A stretch of DNA of 28,641 nucleotides from Kofleriaceae bacterium (GTDB lineage: Bacteria > Myxococcota_A > Polyangia > Haliangiales > Haliangiaceae). Shown in pieces: positions 1 to 9,660 of the stretch. A program made the position numbers and the translations under genes. Every line of letters begins with the position of its first letter. Position 1 is the stretch's first letter. Location of the stretch: assembly GCA_965215005.1 (NCBI GenBank), contig CBDCCZ010000013.1, positions 1-28,641 on the forward strand. The letters run 5' to 3'. The notes below the pieces were generated by a model. The model was not told the DNA's origin. It saw only the letters and a program-made list of their open reading frames with translations, and made no database searches.

Positions 1-327
1 GCCCACCAGTTTGGCCGCCGGCGCTGCGTAAATAAGCGGCAACGGGTTGTGCGTGTGCACCACGTCGATGCGACCTCGACGCAGCGCCAGCGCAACCCGC
101 GGCGGCAGAGTTAGATCGATGCCCTTGCGCTTGGGTATCGTGATCGTCTCGATGCCGACATCGTGAAACAGAGCCGCCAGCGGCCCATCGGGGGGCGCCG
201 CCAACGACAACGCCACCACGCGATGCCCACGCTTGGCTTGCCCAGCCGCCAAGTCGAGAGCGACGCGTTCCTGACCGCCAACTCCAAACGAGGACAAGAC
301 GTGGGCGATATGTAGAGAAGAGCTCAC
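1..327 (-). CDS. Glycosyltransferase family 4 (GT-B) protein, N-terminal part; runs off the window's left edge
   Basis: Not in the ORF track. Manual translation from GTG at 327 (GGAG RBS upstream) gives VSSSLHIAHVLSSFGVGGQERVALDLAAGQAKRGHRV...RIDVVHTHNPLPLIYAAPAAKLVG; GGxER and DVVHTH are GT4 N-domain motifs. Frame open to position 1. Confidence 0.9.
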   Translation of the reverse strand, partial: MSSSLHIAHVLSSFGVGGQERVALDLAAGQAKRGHRVVALSLAAPPDGPLAALFHDVGIETITIPKRKGIDLTLPPRVALALRRGRIDVVHTHNPLPLIYAAPAAKLVG

Positions 328-389
328 GATGCTCCAATGGTAATCCACCTCGCGCGGCCGCCGGCGGTCATCGAGTACGATGGTGGCGC

Positions 390-980
390 GTGGAGCGCGA
401 AGACGAACGGCTGGCGAGCATCGGCCTGCACATCATCGGTGACGAACAGAACCCGATTGTGCGTGCTGAGGTGATTCGCCTTGCGCGGCGGCTCCACGCG
501 ACGAGTCGCAAAGTCATTGGCTTCATTCCAGCGGCCTCGGATGTGGCGATACCGCCGCTCGCGTTGCAGCTTGGAGTCGCACTCACCGAGCTCACCGGCG
601 CCACGATTGCGGTGGTCGACGCCAATGTCCGCTATCCGGGACTCTCAGAGCTGGCTGCCGCTCCAAGTGATGAGCACTCGCTGTTTACGACCCAGTGGAT
701 TCGCGGCTCGCTCGCGCTGCTTACCCCGCCGCATTCCGAGAGCGCCGGTGAAGCAGTGCCCCAGCTCGCGCGGCTGCTACTAGAAGGCGTGGAGCTGTTC
801 GAGCACGTGCTCGTCGACCTCACCGGCTTCGAGCTCCTCGGCGAACACGCCAGTGCCGCGGCTTGTATGGATGCGGTGATTCTCGTTGGACGCGCGCATC
901 ACACGCGCGAGCGCCAGGTGCTCGCGTTCCGCTCGGAGATGCCAGGCAACCGGTTCTTGGGCGTGCTACTCGTAGGCTAA
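390..980 (+). CDS. CpsD/CapB/Wzc-like tyrosine-kinase-domain (MinD-like) protein with degenerate Walker A
   Basis: VVDANVRYPGLS (cf. A' motif LIDADLRRPSL), FEHVLVDLTG (cf. Walker B FDYVIIDTPP), DAVILVGRAHHT and C-terminal FLGVLLVG match the BY-kinase layout; located in a polysaccharide cluster. Confidence 0.65.
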   Translation: MEREDERLASIGLHIIGDEQNPIVRAEVIRLARRLHATSRKVIGFIPAASDVAIPPLALQLGVALTELTGATIAVVDANVRYPGLSELAAAPSDEHSLFTTQWIRGSLALLTPPHSESAGEAVPQLARLLLEGVELFEHVLVDLTGFELLGEHASAAACMDAVILVGRAHHTRERQVLAFRSEMPGNRFLGVLLVG

Positions 981-983
981 GAG

Positions 984-2102
984 ATGCTCCAGCGCCTCCG
1001 CGACAAGAACCTGCACACCTGGATGCGCGGCTACACGCGCCATCTCATCGATAAGCGCCGCCAGCGCCGCGCGCCCTCGATGGAAGGGCCCCGCCACCTG
1101 TTGTTTGCGCTATGCGATCATTACGAGCCGCTATGGGCGCGGCCGAGTCCCGAGCAGGGCCGCGATCGCGTCGACCGCTGGCATCAGCAATATCCTCAGC
1201 TCGTCGATCGATTTCGCGACGCCAACGGCCGCACCCCGCGGCACAGCTTTTTCTTTCCCGGCGAAGAGTATCGACCCGAGTTTTTGCTACCGCTCGCAGA
1301 CCTCGTGCGCCGCGGCTATGGCGAGGTCGAGGTGCATCATCATCATGATGGCGACACCGCCGCAAATCTGCGCGGCAACTTAGAGCGCTACTTGCGCGCC
1401 TTCGCCGAGCACGGTCACATCAGCCGCGATGCGAGCGGCCGCTATCAGTGGGCCTTCATTCACGGCAATTGGTGCTTGGCCAACGCCCGCCGCGATGGCC
1501 GCTGGTGCGGCGTAGACGAAGAGCTTCCGCTGTTGTTCGATGCTGGCTGCTACGCCGACTTCACGTTTCCCGCCGCCCCCGACGAGAGCCAGCCCGACAT
1601 CGTCAATCAAATCTACTGGCCAACCGGCGACTTGCACAGGCGTCGCGCCTACGAGAGTGGCGAGCGCGCTCGCGTTGGTAAGCGCATGGACGACCGCTTG
1701 CTGATGATTCAGGGGCCCATTGCGCTCGCGCGCCGCCCCGGGTCGCTCAAGGTGCGGATCGAGAGCGCTGCGCTCGATGCCGTCGATACGCCGAGCCCGG
1801 CGCGCCTACGCACGTGGGTCGAGCAAAATATCCACGTCGCCGGCCGTCCCGAATGGCTGTTCGTCAAGGTTCACACCCATGGCGCCCCCGAAGCCAACGC
1901 AGCAACGCTACTGGGCGATGGCGGCCGCACGCTGCACGACGTCTTGACGCGCACCTACAACGATGGCGTTCAGTGGAAACTGCACTACGTCACCGCCCGC
2001 GAGATGTACAACGTCGCGCTAGCAGCGATGGACGGCCATCACGGTGACCCAGCGGCGCACTTCGATTATCACGTCGCGCCGCCGCCGATCGCCCGCGCCT
2101 AA
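984..2102 (+). CDS. Hypothetical protein, His-rich, possibly polysaccharide-deacetylase-like metalloenzyme
   Basis: 372-aa ORF starting 3 nt after the upstream stop; motifs CDHYEP, EVHHHHDGD, FIHGNWCL, VKVHTHG suggest metal binding. Function is inferred from context only. Confidence 0.7.
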   Translation: MLQRLRDKNLHTWMRGYTRHLIDKRRQRRAPSMEGPRHLLFALCDHYEPLWARPSPEQGRDRVDRWHQQYPQLVDRFRDANGRTPRHSFFFPGEEYRPEFLLPLADLVRRGYGEVEVHHHHDGDTAANLRGNLERYLRAFAEHGHISRDASGRYQWAFIHGNWCLANARRDGRWCGVDEELPLLFDAGCYADFTFPAAPDESQPDIVNQIYWPTGDLHRRRAYESGERARVGKRMDDRLLMIQGPIALARRPGSLKVRIESAALDAVDTPSPARLRTWVEQNIHVAGRPEWLFVKVHTHGAPEANAATLLGDGGRTLHDVLTRTYNDGVQWKLHYVTAREMYNVALAAMDGHHGDPAAHFDYHVAPPPIARA

Positions 2103-2199
2103 TCATTACATCTCCGCACATGCGCCCTCGTGTGACCGGGTGTCGCGCGAGCAGCAGCGTGCTAACCTTCGTAGCCGGGCTTCGCGATGAAACGCGCGC

Positions 2200-4071
2200 G
2201 TGGGCGCGCTCCAAAATTTCGTGCATGAGCGCACTCCCATAGCGGGGCAACCGAGCCTCCCCACCGAGCCGAGCGGACGTCTCGCCGCTGAGCCGCTTCG
2301 TCAACAGCTCGGCCGATACGAGCTGATTTCTCGGCTCGGCGTCGGCGGCATGGCCGAGGTCTATCTCGCCCGCCAGCGCGGCATGATGAACTTCGAGAAG
2401 CTGGTGGTGGTCAAGACCATCCACGCGCATCTCGCGCGGCACCGCCGCTTCATCGACATGCTCATCGAAGAAGCGCGGCTATCGGCGCTCATCAAGCATC
2501 CCCACGTGGTCGACATCTACGACGTCGGCGTCGAAGACGAGACCTACTTCATCGCCATGGAGTATCTGCGCGGTGAGTCGCTCTCGTCGGTCATCACCAC
2601 CGGCGCACGTCGGCGCGCACCGATGGACTACTACAGCACCGCGCGCATCGTCGCCGACGCAGCGGATGGACTGCAGGCGGCGCACGAGCTCACGGATATG
2701 GCCGGTGAGCATCTCGAGCTGATCCACCGCGACGTGAGCCCAGGCAACATCATCGTGCTTTATGACGGCGGCGTGAAGCTGGTCGACTTTGGCGTCGCTC
2801 AAGCGCGCGATACCCTCGCCAGCTCGGAAGCGCAGCTTGCCGGCAAGACCGGCTATACCGCTCCAGAGCTGTTCGATGGCGCCCCCGCGGATCAACGCAC
2901 CGACGTCTTCGGGCTTGGAGTGGTCATGTGGGAGGCGTTGACCTCCCGGAGGTTGTTTCGCGCGCGTTCGGAGCGCGAGACCGTCGCGATGATCCGCGCC
3001 GGCGACGTGCGCACGCCTTCGGAGCTGCGCCGCGACCTGCCGCCAGAGCTCGACCGTATCGTCATGCGTGCGATCGCTCGCGACCCCAAGGCCCGCTATC
3101 AAACCGCACGCGAGCTGCACCGCGACCTGGAAGATTTGCTTCATCGTGGCAGCTACCGCCGCGAGGCCAAGAGCATCAGCCGGTACATGCAGGAGACGTT
3201 TGCGGAGCGTATTCGCGGCGAGCGCGATCTCATCCGCAGAGCCACGGCCCCCATCGCCCCCGAGCGTCTCGCCAGCGACGAAGCCGATGTCGTCATGCTC
3301 GACTTCGACTCCTTCGAGATGATAGGCGACGCTACTCGGCAGCTCGAAAACCCGCTCGAGCGTGCTGTCACCGTGCCAGCAGCAGGTTCCAAGATGGAGC
3401 CGCGCCTAGACCTGCCACTGCCAGCGCCCATGGACAGTCGTGGCACGCGCCACGGCGTGATAGACGACCCGCTTGATGCAGACGACGCTCCGACGCTGGC
3501 GGCCTCGAGCATCGCTGCGCTGATTGCACAAGATGGTCATGAGCCTTCGGCCACGCCATTTGCCGCCGAGGCGGTATCCGCGCCCATGTCCGTGAGTGTC
3601 GATCTGCGGCCCACGCGCGGCCGTGTGGTGTGGCTCGCCGGCGGGGCGGCTACGCTCGCGCTCGCGACGATCGCTCTGCTCTGGTGGCGCAGCGCCAGCG
3701 AGTCGTCGGCACAGCCGCTCGTGCTTGCCGAGCCCCAGGTCGTGGCGGGAACCGCAGGCCCAGAACAAGTGCCAACACTCGAGATAGCGCCTGATCTGTC
3801 GACCCCAGAAGCAAAGGCCGCCGTGTTCGAGCGACAGGGCGCGGCCTTGTTCGAGAAAGGCGATCTCGACCGCGCCCAGACCATGTTTCAGAAGGCGCTC
3901 AAGACCGACAGCCAGTTTGCTCCAGCGTATCGCGGGCTGGGGCTCATCTACGAAAAGCGCGGCGACTCGGCGCACGCAACGTGGGCGCTCAACAAGTACC
4001 TCGAGCTCGCACCCCAGGCGGGTGACGCCGAGAACATCCGCCAAATCATCGCTGAGATGGCGATCGAGTAG
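2200..4071 (+). CDS. Hanks-type Ser/Thr protein kinase with transmembrane helix and C-terminal TPR
   Basis: LGVGGMAEVY, VVVK, HRDVSPGN, VDFG, GYTAPE, DVFGLG; TM segment WLAGGAATLALATIALLWW; TPR-like FEKGDLDRAQTMFQKAL...APAYRGLGLIY. Start codon uncertain. Confidence 0.93.
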   Translation: MGALQNFVHERTPIAGQPSLPTEPSGRLAAEPLRQQLGRYELISRLGVGGMAEVYLARQRGMMNFEKLVVVKTIHAHLARHRRFIDMLIEEARLSALIKHPHVVDIYDVGVEDETYFIAMEYLRGESLSSVITTGARRRAPMDYYSTARIVADAADGLQAAHELTDMAGEHLELIHRDVSPGNIIVLYDGGVKLVDFGVAQARDTLASSEAQLAGKTGYTAPELFDGAPADQRTDVFGLGVVMWEALTSRRLFRARSERETVAMIRAGDVRTPSELRRDLPPELDRIVMRAIARDPKARYQTARELHRDLEDLLHRGSYRREAKSISRYMQETFAERIRGERDLIRRATAPIAPERLASDEADVVMLDFDSFEMIGDATRQLENPLERAVTVPAAGSKMEPRLDLPLPAPMDSRGTRHGVIDDPLDADDAPTLAASSIAALIAQDGHEPSATPFAAEAVSAPMSVSVDLRPTRGRVVWLAGGAATLALATIALLWWRSASESSAQPLVLAEPQVVAGTAGPEQVPTLEIAPDLSTPEAKAAVFERQGAALFEKGDLDRAQTMFQKALKTDSQFAPAYRGLGLIYEKRGDSAHATWALNKYLELAPQAGDAENIRQIIAEMAIE

Positions 4072-4294
4072 CGGCTAGAGCGCAGCCTCGGTGCTGCCGG
4101 CGTTTGACGAGGTCACCTCACCAGACGCAGCGATAGCCAACGCGCGCCGGTGAAGAGCGTGTTGCCTACCTCGCGTCCGTTTCTCCGTCGGCGGCCACCC
4201 TTGCCGCTTGCGCCGCAGCTATGGTCTCCTCGGTGGTCGCGATCGTATTCTGCATCAGGCGCCCACGAGCGACTCACACGGAACGGAAGGCAGC

Positions 4295-5581
<1,287 letters not shown>

Positions 5582-6607
5582 GTGTCACGATACGACCAGG
5601 TGAGCGCGGAGCTGCGCCAACGACCGCGCCGCTGGTTGGTCACCGGCGCCGCGGGATTCATCGGTTCGGCGCTCATCGAGCGACTGCTCGAGCTCGGACA
5701 ACACGTGGTCGGGCTCGATGACTTCTCGACCGGGCACCGGCACAACCTCGATGACGTCGCGACTGTCGTGGGGCCCGAGGCGGCTGAACGCTTCACCTTC
5801 ATCGAAGGCGACATCTGTGATCACGCCACCTGCGCGCGCGCCATCGAAGGCGTCGACAGCATTCTTCATCAAGCGGCGCTCGGCTCTGTGCCCCGGTCGA
5901 TTAAAGATCCGCTCGCCACGCATCGTGCCAATGTCGACGGTTTCCTCAACTTGCTCATTAGCGCCCGCGACGCCGGTGTTGGCCGCGTGGTCTACGCCAG
6001 CTCGAGCTCGGTATACGGCGATCATCCGGCGCTGCCCAAGGTGGAGGAGCAAATCGGCCGGGTTCTGTCGCCCTACGCGGCTTCCAAACGCATCGACGAG
6101 ATCTACGCCGGTGTCATGCAGGACGTCTACGGGCTCGAGCTGGTCGGTCTTCGCTACTTCAACGTCTTTGGTCGCAGGCAAGATCCCGAAGGCGCCTACG
6201 CCGCGGTCATTCCGCGCTGGATCGCACTCCTGCTCGCAGGTGAGCGCTGTCAAATCTTCGGCACCGGCGGCAACAGTCGCGACTTCTGCTACGTCGACAA
6301 CGCCGTGCAAGCCAACCTGCTTGCAGCCACCACCACCGACGCTTCAGCGACCAACCAGTCCTATAACGTCGGCGTCGGCGACCGCACCTCGCTCACCGAG
6401 CTATTCGAGCTCATCCGCAACATCCTCGCGCGCAGCCATCCCGCAGTAGCCGCGGCGCAGCCGCAATACACGGATCCGCGCCCCGGCGACGTAACGCACT
6501 CGCAGGCGAGTATCGACAGCATTCGCGATAAGCTGAAATTTCAGCCCACGCACGATATCCGCGAGGGCCTCGAAGAGACTGTCGCCTGGTTCGCCGAGCG
6601 TCGCTAG
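5582..6607 (+). CDS. NAD-dependent UDP-HexNAc(A) C4-epimerase, WbpP/TviC-like
   Basis: WLVTGAAGFIGS, HQAALGSVPRSI, YASSSSVYGD, SPYAASK (YxxxK), LRYFNVFGRRQDPEGAYAAVIP, RDFCYV; starts immediately after the dehydrogenase stop. Confidence 0.92.
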   Translation: MSRYDQVSAELRQRPRRWLVTGAAGFIGSALIERLLELGQHVVGLDDFSTGHRHNLDDVATVVGPEAAERFTFIEGDICDHATCARAIEGVDSILHQAALGSVPRSIKDPLATHRANVDGFLNLLISARDAGVGRVVYASSSSVYGDHPALPKVEEQIGRVLSPYAASKRIDEIYAGVMQDVYGLELVGLRYFNVFGRRQDPEGAYAAVIPRWIALLLAGERCQIFGTGGNSRDFCYVDNAVQANLLAATTTDASATNQSYNVGVGDRTSLTELFELIRNILARSHPAVAAAQPQYTDPRPGDVTHSQASIDSIRDKLKFQPTHDIREGLEETVAWFAERR

Positions 6608-6939
6608 ACGCAGCGCACGCCGCGCCAAAGGCTCAGAACGCCTCCGCGATCCCGGCCGCGGAAAAACGCGCGGTCCAGGCGCTCGAGCTGATCGGCAGAG
6701 AGCTCGATATTCGCAGCGGCGACGTTGGCCTCCACGTGTTCTGCAGTGGCCGCTTTGGGAATCGTAAAGACGCCGTCATGGCGGATGACCCATGCGAGCG
6801 CGATCTGCGCGCTGCTGACGTCATGCTCGCGCGCCACTTCTTCGAGCACGCGATGCTCGGGCAACGAGCCGCTGCCGAGCGGGCTGGAGGCCACCAGTGC
6901 CACGTCATGTCGCTGACACGCCGGCAACACTCGATGCTG
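6604..6939 (-). pseudogene. Aldo/keto reductase C-terminal remnant (5'-truncated)
   Basis: QHRVLPACQRHDVALVASSPLG...AQIALAWVIRHDGVFTIPKAATAEHVEANVAAANIELSADQLERLDRAF is the AKR C-terminal third. In-frame TAG just upstream; the catalytic N-terminal region is missing; the usual YSPL reads SSPL. Confidence 0.85.
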
Positions 6940-6941
6940 CT

Positions 6942-6951
6942 AATTGCAATT
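6942..6951. promoter_or_regulatory. AT-rich perfect palindrome AATTGCAATT upstream of the antitoxin; candidate autoregulatory operator/promoter
   Basis: 10-bp palindrome in a conspicuously AT-rich patch (6941-6960), ~30 nt upstream of the antitoxin ATG. Role inferred. Confidence 0.35.
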
Positions 6952-6980
6952 GAAAGAAATGGGTGTCAAGATCCAAATTG

Positions 6981-7376
6981 ATGAACCCGTCCAGTTCCCC
7001 AAGGGCTCCCGCATCCCGCGCGCAGTCACCTGACGCGATGGTCGTGCTCACAAAGGCGCTGTTTCGCGTGGCCGATCGGCTTGCACTCAGTGGGACTGAG
7101 CTGGCTGAAATTCTCACCGTTAGTCCCGCGACGGTATCGCGGCTCAAAGGAACGGAGCGCGCGCTGGCGCTCGGCTCTGCCGAAATGCAACTAGCTGCCC
7201 TGCTGGTGCGGGTCTATCGAAGTCTTGACAGCCTACTCAATGACGATGAGAAGGCGCGCGCGTGGCTCGTTGCTGAGAACTCGCACATCGGCGGCAAGCC
7301 CCTCGAGCTCATCAAAACGATACGCGGACTCGTCGCTGTTTCAGACTACCTCGACGCCCTGCGCGGCAAGCTCTGA
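6981..7376 (+). CDS. Type II antitoxin, Xre/MbcA/ParS family (HTH + toxin-binding domain)
   Basis: HTH LSGTELAEILTVSPATVSRL; C-terminal VYRSLDSLL...ARAWLVAENSHIGGKPLELIKTIRGLVAVSDYLDALRG typical of MbcA/ParS/Xre; directly upstream of a RES gene. Alternative start 6963. Confidence 0.9.
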   Translation: MNPSSSPRAPASRAQSPDAMVVLTKALFRVADRLALSGTELAEILTVSPATVSRLKGTERALALGSAEMQLAALLVRVYRSLDSLLNDDEKARAWLVAENSHIGGKPLELIKTIRGLVAVSDYLDALRGKL

Positions 7377-7396
7377 GGCTTGCTCTCTCGCCACCA

Positions 7397-8152
7397 ATGA
7401 ACCTATGGAAACGCTGCGACGGCGTGCAGCACATCCGACGCCTCAGCTCCACCCCATGGCGCGTTGTCGATGCGCAACATGTGAACGCCACACGCAAGCT
7501 GGTCGATTCTGATCACGAGCAAGAGCTCCTCGAGCAAGTCTTAGATGCCGCCAAGCCCCCGGCTCCGCGCGGGGCCCGGTTCGACCGCCTGCATTATCTT
7601 CTGACCACGCCATTCCGCTATCCTCCACTGTCTCACGGCTCGCGCTTCGGCACCCGCGATCAGCGCGGACTCTGGTATGGCTCTGAAACGCTCAGCACGG
7701 CTTTTGCGGAAGTCGCCTATTACCGTTTCTACTTACTAGCGGGCACCGCCGCCGACCTGCCGCCCCTCAACGTCCACCTGTCGGCGTTTCGCATTCCCGC
7801 GAGCGGAAATCGCGGCGTCGACCTTACGCGTCCGCCGTTCGATGCTCACGTCCGCGCCCTCACCTCCGTCACGAGTTATGCCACGACTCAAACCCTCGGC
7901 CGTGCAATGCGTGACGCCGGTGTGCAGCTCGTTCGATACACCTCCGCTCGCGATCCCGATCGCGGCAACAACGTAGGCCTGTTCGAGCCCGTCTTCTCTA
8001 AAGACGCTCCCGGCGTGCCCGAAACGTGGCTCTGCACCACCGAGTCCACCGTCGTCGATTTTCGTGCCGTCAATATCGCCAACCGCCGCTCCTATTGCTA
8101 CCCGCGCACCCTGTTTCTCCATAAGGGCGAGTTGCCCAGCCCTAGCAGCTGA
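7397..8152 (+). CDS. RES-domain toxin (NAD+ phosphorylase/ART-like family)
   Basis: R (WRVV), E (AFAEVAYYR) and S (RYTSARD) residues; LHYLLTTPFRYPP..GSRFG motif; 20 nt downstream of the antitoxin. Confidence 0.9.
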   Translation: MNLWKRCDGVQHIRRLSSTPWRVVDAQHVNATRKLVDSDHEQELLEQVLDAAKPPAPRGARFDRLHYLLTTPFRYPPLSHGSRFGTRDQRGLWYGSETLSTAFAEVAYYRFYLLAGTAADLPPLNVHLSAFRIPASGNRGVDLTRPPFDAHVRALTSVTSYATTQTLGRAMRDAGVQLVRYTSARDPDRGNNVGLFEPVFSKDAPGVPETWLCTTESTVVDFRAVNIANRRSYCYPRTLFLHKGELPSPSS

Positions 8153-8210
8153 AGACGGCGCTGTCAGCGGCTTCCGGAAGCGGCGGAGCCTACGCAGGGA
8201 GCGGACTTAC

Positions 8211-9353
8211 TCAATCGAGCGGACCAGCGACGGCGTAGATGATGATGTAGTCGAACGCGACGGCGGCTTCCAGCGTGCGTAGGCCAATCTTTCCACCGTC
8301 GTGGCGCATGTCATCCGACGTGGCTTCGACCCATTGATCGACCCCCGCCTCCACCCCACACCGCTGATCGGTCGCATCGCTGTCGGAGGCGAGGCGAAGG
8401 CGATACGGCTGCGCAGCAGTGAGCGGCCAGGGGAATTCGGCACTGGCAAGCGCTCGGCGCTCGGAATCAGGTCGAGTATCGAAGCCGAGGTTGTGTAGCT
8501 CGAGAAGCGCGGGCTGCGGCTGCCGGTCGCCGCGGCCGCGCAGCATACATGCATAGCCAAAAACAACGCTTGGACCAACGACAGTGCTGGCGACGAGGCC
8601 GGCCGAGCGCAGTGCCGGAGCGGGTAGAATCACGCGATGGCGTACCGTGGTCTCGACAACGATGGAGCCGAACTCGGGCGCATTCCAATAGAGAATTTGT
8701 TCCGCTTCTCCCGTAGCGCGCCGCACCAATCGATCATTCTCAATGAACCAACCACCGATACTGCCTCTGGCAACGGTCCACCTATCAGCAAGTGCAGCGT
8801 GGAACCCGTCGAAGAAAGCGATGCTGTCGCCGGGGCGAGTCGGACGGGGATCACAGGCGTCGCCGACGCCATCGGCTTCAAAGCCGCGCTCGAGCTCACC
8901 GCGATCGCGCTGCGCAAGGTTGGAGATATGCGGACAGTTGTCGCAGACATCGCCGATGGCATCGCCGTCTTCATCGTGCTGATCGGGATTGGCGACCGCG
9001 ATGCAGTTATCGACGAGGTCCAAGACACCGTCACCGTCTCGATCCGGCAACGGAGGCGGCGCGGCATCGGGACGCGGTATCGCCGCATCGGGACGCGGTA
9101 TCGCCGCATCGATCGGCGAGGAAGAACCTCCGTCGTTACGCCCCTGACCGGCGTCAATCATGCCAGCGAAGGCGTCCGCCGCAGCAGCGCCGGCATCCAA
9201 CGAGGCCGAGCCGCCGTCACCCTGACCCGCCAGGCCCAGACCCGAGGTGTCGAATGAACAGGCTTGCAGCACTGCGCTAACGAGCGCGATGCCCACCGCA
9301 AGCGAACCCGCTGAGAACCTTTTCCGCCCTGAGCTCCACCGGACGCCACGCAT
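8211..9353 (-). CDS. Lipoprotein with thrombospondin type-3 (Ca-binding) repeats and a C-terminal beta-sandwich domain
   Basis: Lipobox VLQA-C; Pro/Asp/Ala linker; DRDGDGVLDLVDNC...DEDGDAIGDVCDNC...DGVGDACDP repeats; beta-rich end GGKIGLRT...FDYIIIY. ATG 9353 chosen over 9407 because it gives a better signal peptide. Confidence 0.82.
   Translation of the reverse strand: MRGVRWSSGRKRFSAGSLAVGIALVSAVLQACSFDTSGLGLAGQGDGGSASLDAGAAAADAFAGMIDAGQGRNDGGSSSPIDAAIPRPDAAIPRPDAAPPPLPDRDGDGVLDLVDNCIAVANPDQHDEDGDAIGDVCDNCPHISNLAQRDRGELERGFEADGVGDACDPRPTRPGDSIAFFDGFHAALADRWTVARGSIGGWFIENDRLVRRATGEAEQILYWNAPEFGSIVVETTVRHRVILPAPALRSAGLVASTVVGPSVVFGYACMLRGRGDRQPQPALLELHNLGFDTRPDSERRALASAEFPWPLTAAQPYRLRLASDSDATDQRCGVEAGVDQWVEATSDDMRHDGGKIGLRTLEAAVAFDYIIIYAVAGPLD
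9064..9111. repeat. Coding tandem repeat, 21-bp unit GCATCGGGACGCGGTATCGCC x2.3 (encodes DAAIPRP)
   Basis: Exact copies at 9064-9084 and 9085-9105, plus a partial copy at 9106-9111. Confidence 0.9.
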
Positions 9354-9487
9354 CGCGCTCTCATAACGTGTCGCGCCGCGTGAATCCACGATAAACAAAC
9401 ACAGCATCGCACGCGCGACCGCGGTTCGGCGTCCGATGCGTTCCGTTGGAGCTCAGCTAGCGCTCCGAGGAATGCCTAGCTGGCTGG

Positions 9488-9612
9488 AAGCGCCGTGGAC
9501 GTAGAGGCATCGGATGCCCCGCCCGGCTTTTTGGGCGCCAGCGCGAGAAACCGCCGGGCCCTCGCGCTACCTTACCGGCGTCTCCTGCGCAATGCCCATG
9601 GCATGGGCGTCT
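9488..9612. repeat. 125-bp direct repeat, copy 1 (palindrome-rich)
   Basis: Identical to 11914-12038 except at 9518 (C/T), 9558 (G/C) and 9575 (C/G). Confidence 0.95.
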
Positions 9613-9660
9613 ATCGGTTCGTTCGAGCACTTTCTATTGCCTCCCGCGGCTCGGCTTCGC

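Noticed and set aside
4208..4294. Longer upstream starts from the ORF track (4208; also 9407, 12029, 22858, 25076)
   Set aside because: Downstream ATGs give better RBS, signal peptides or family-typical N-termini.
8170..8181. Perfect palindrome GCTTCCGGAAGC between the convergent RES and lipoprotein genes
   Set aside because: Short, with no U-tract; cannot be distinguished from chance or called a terminator.
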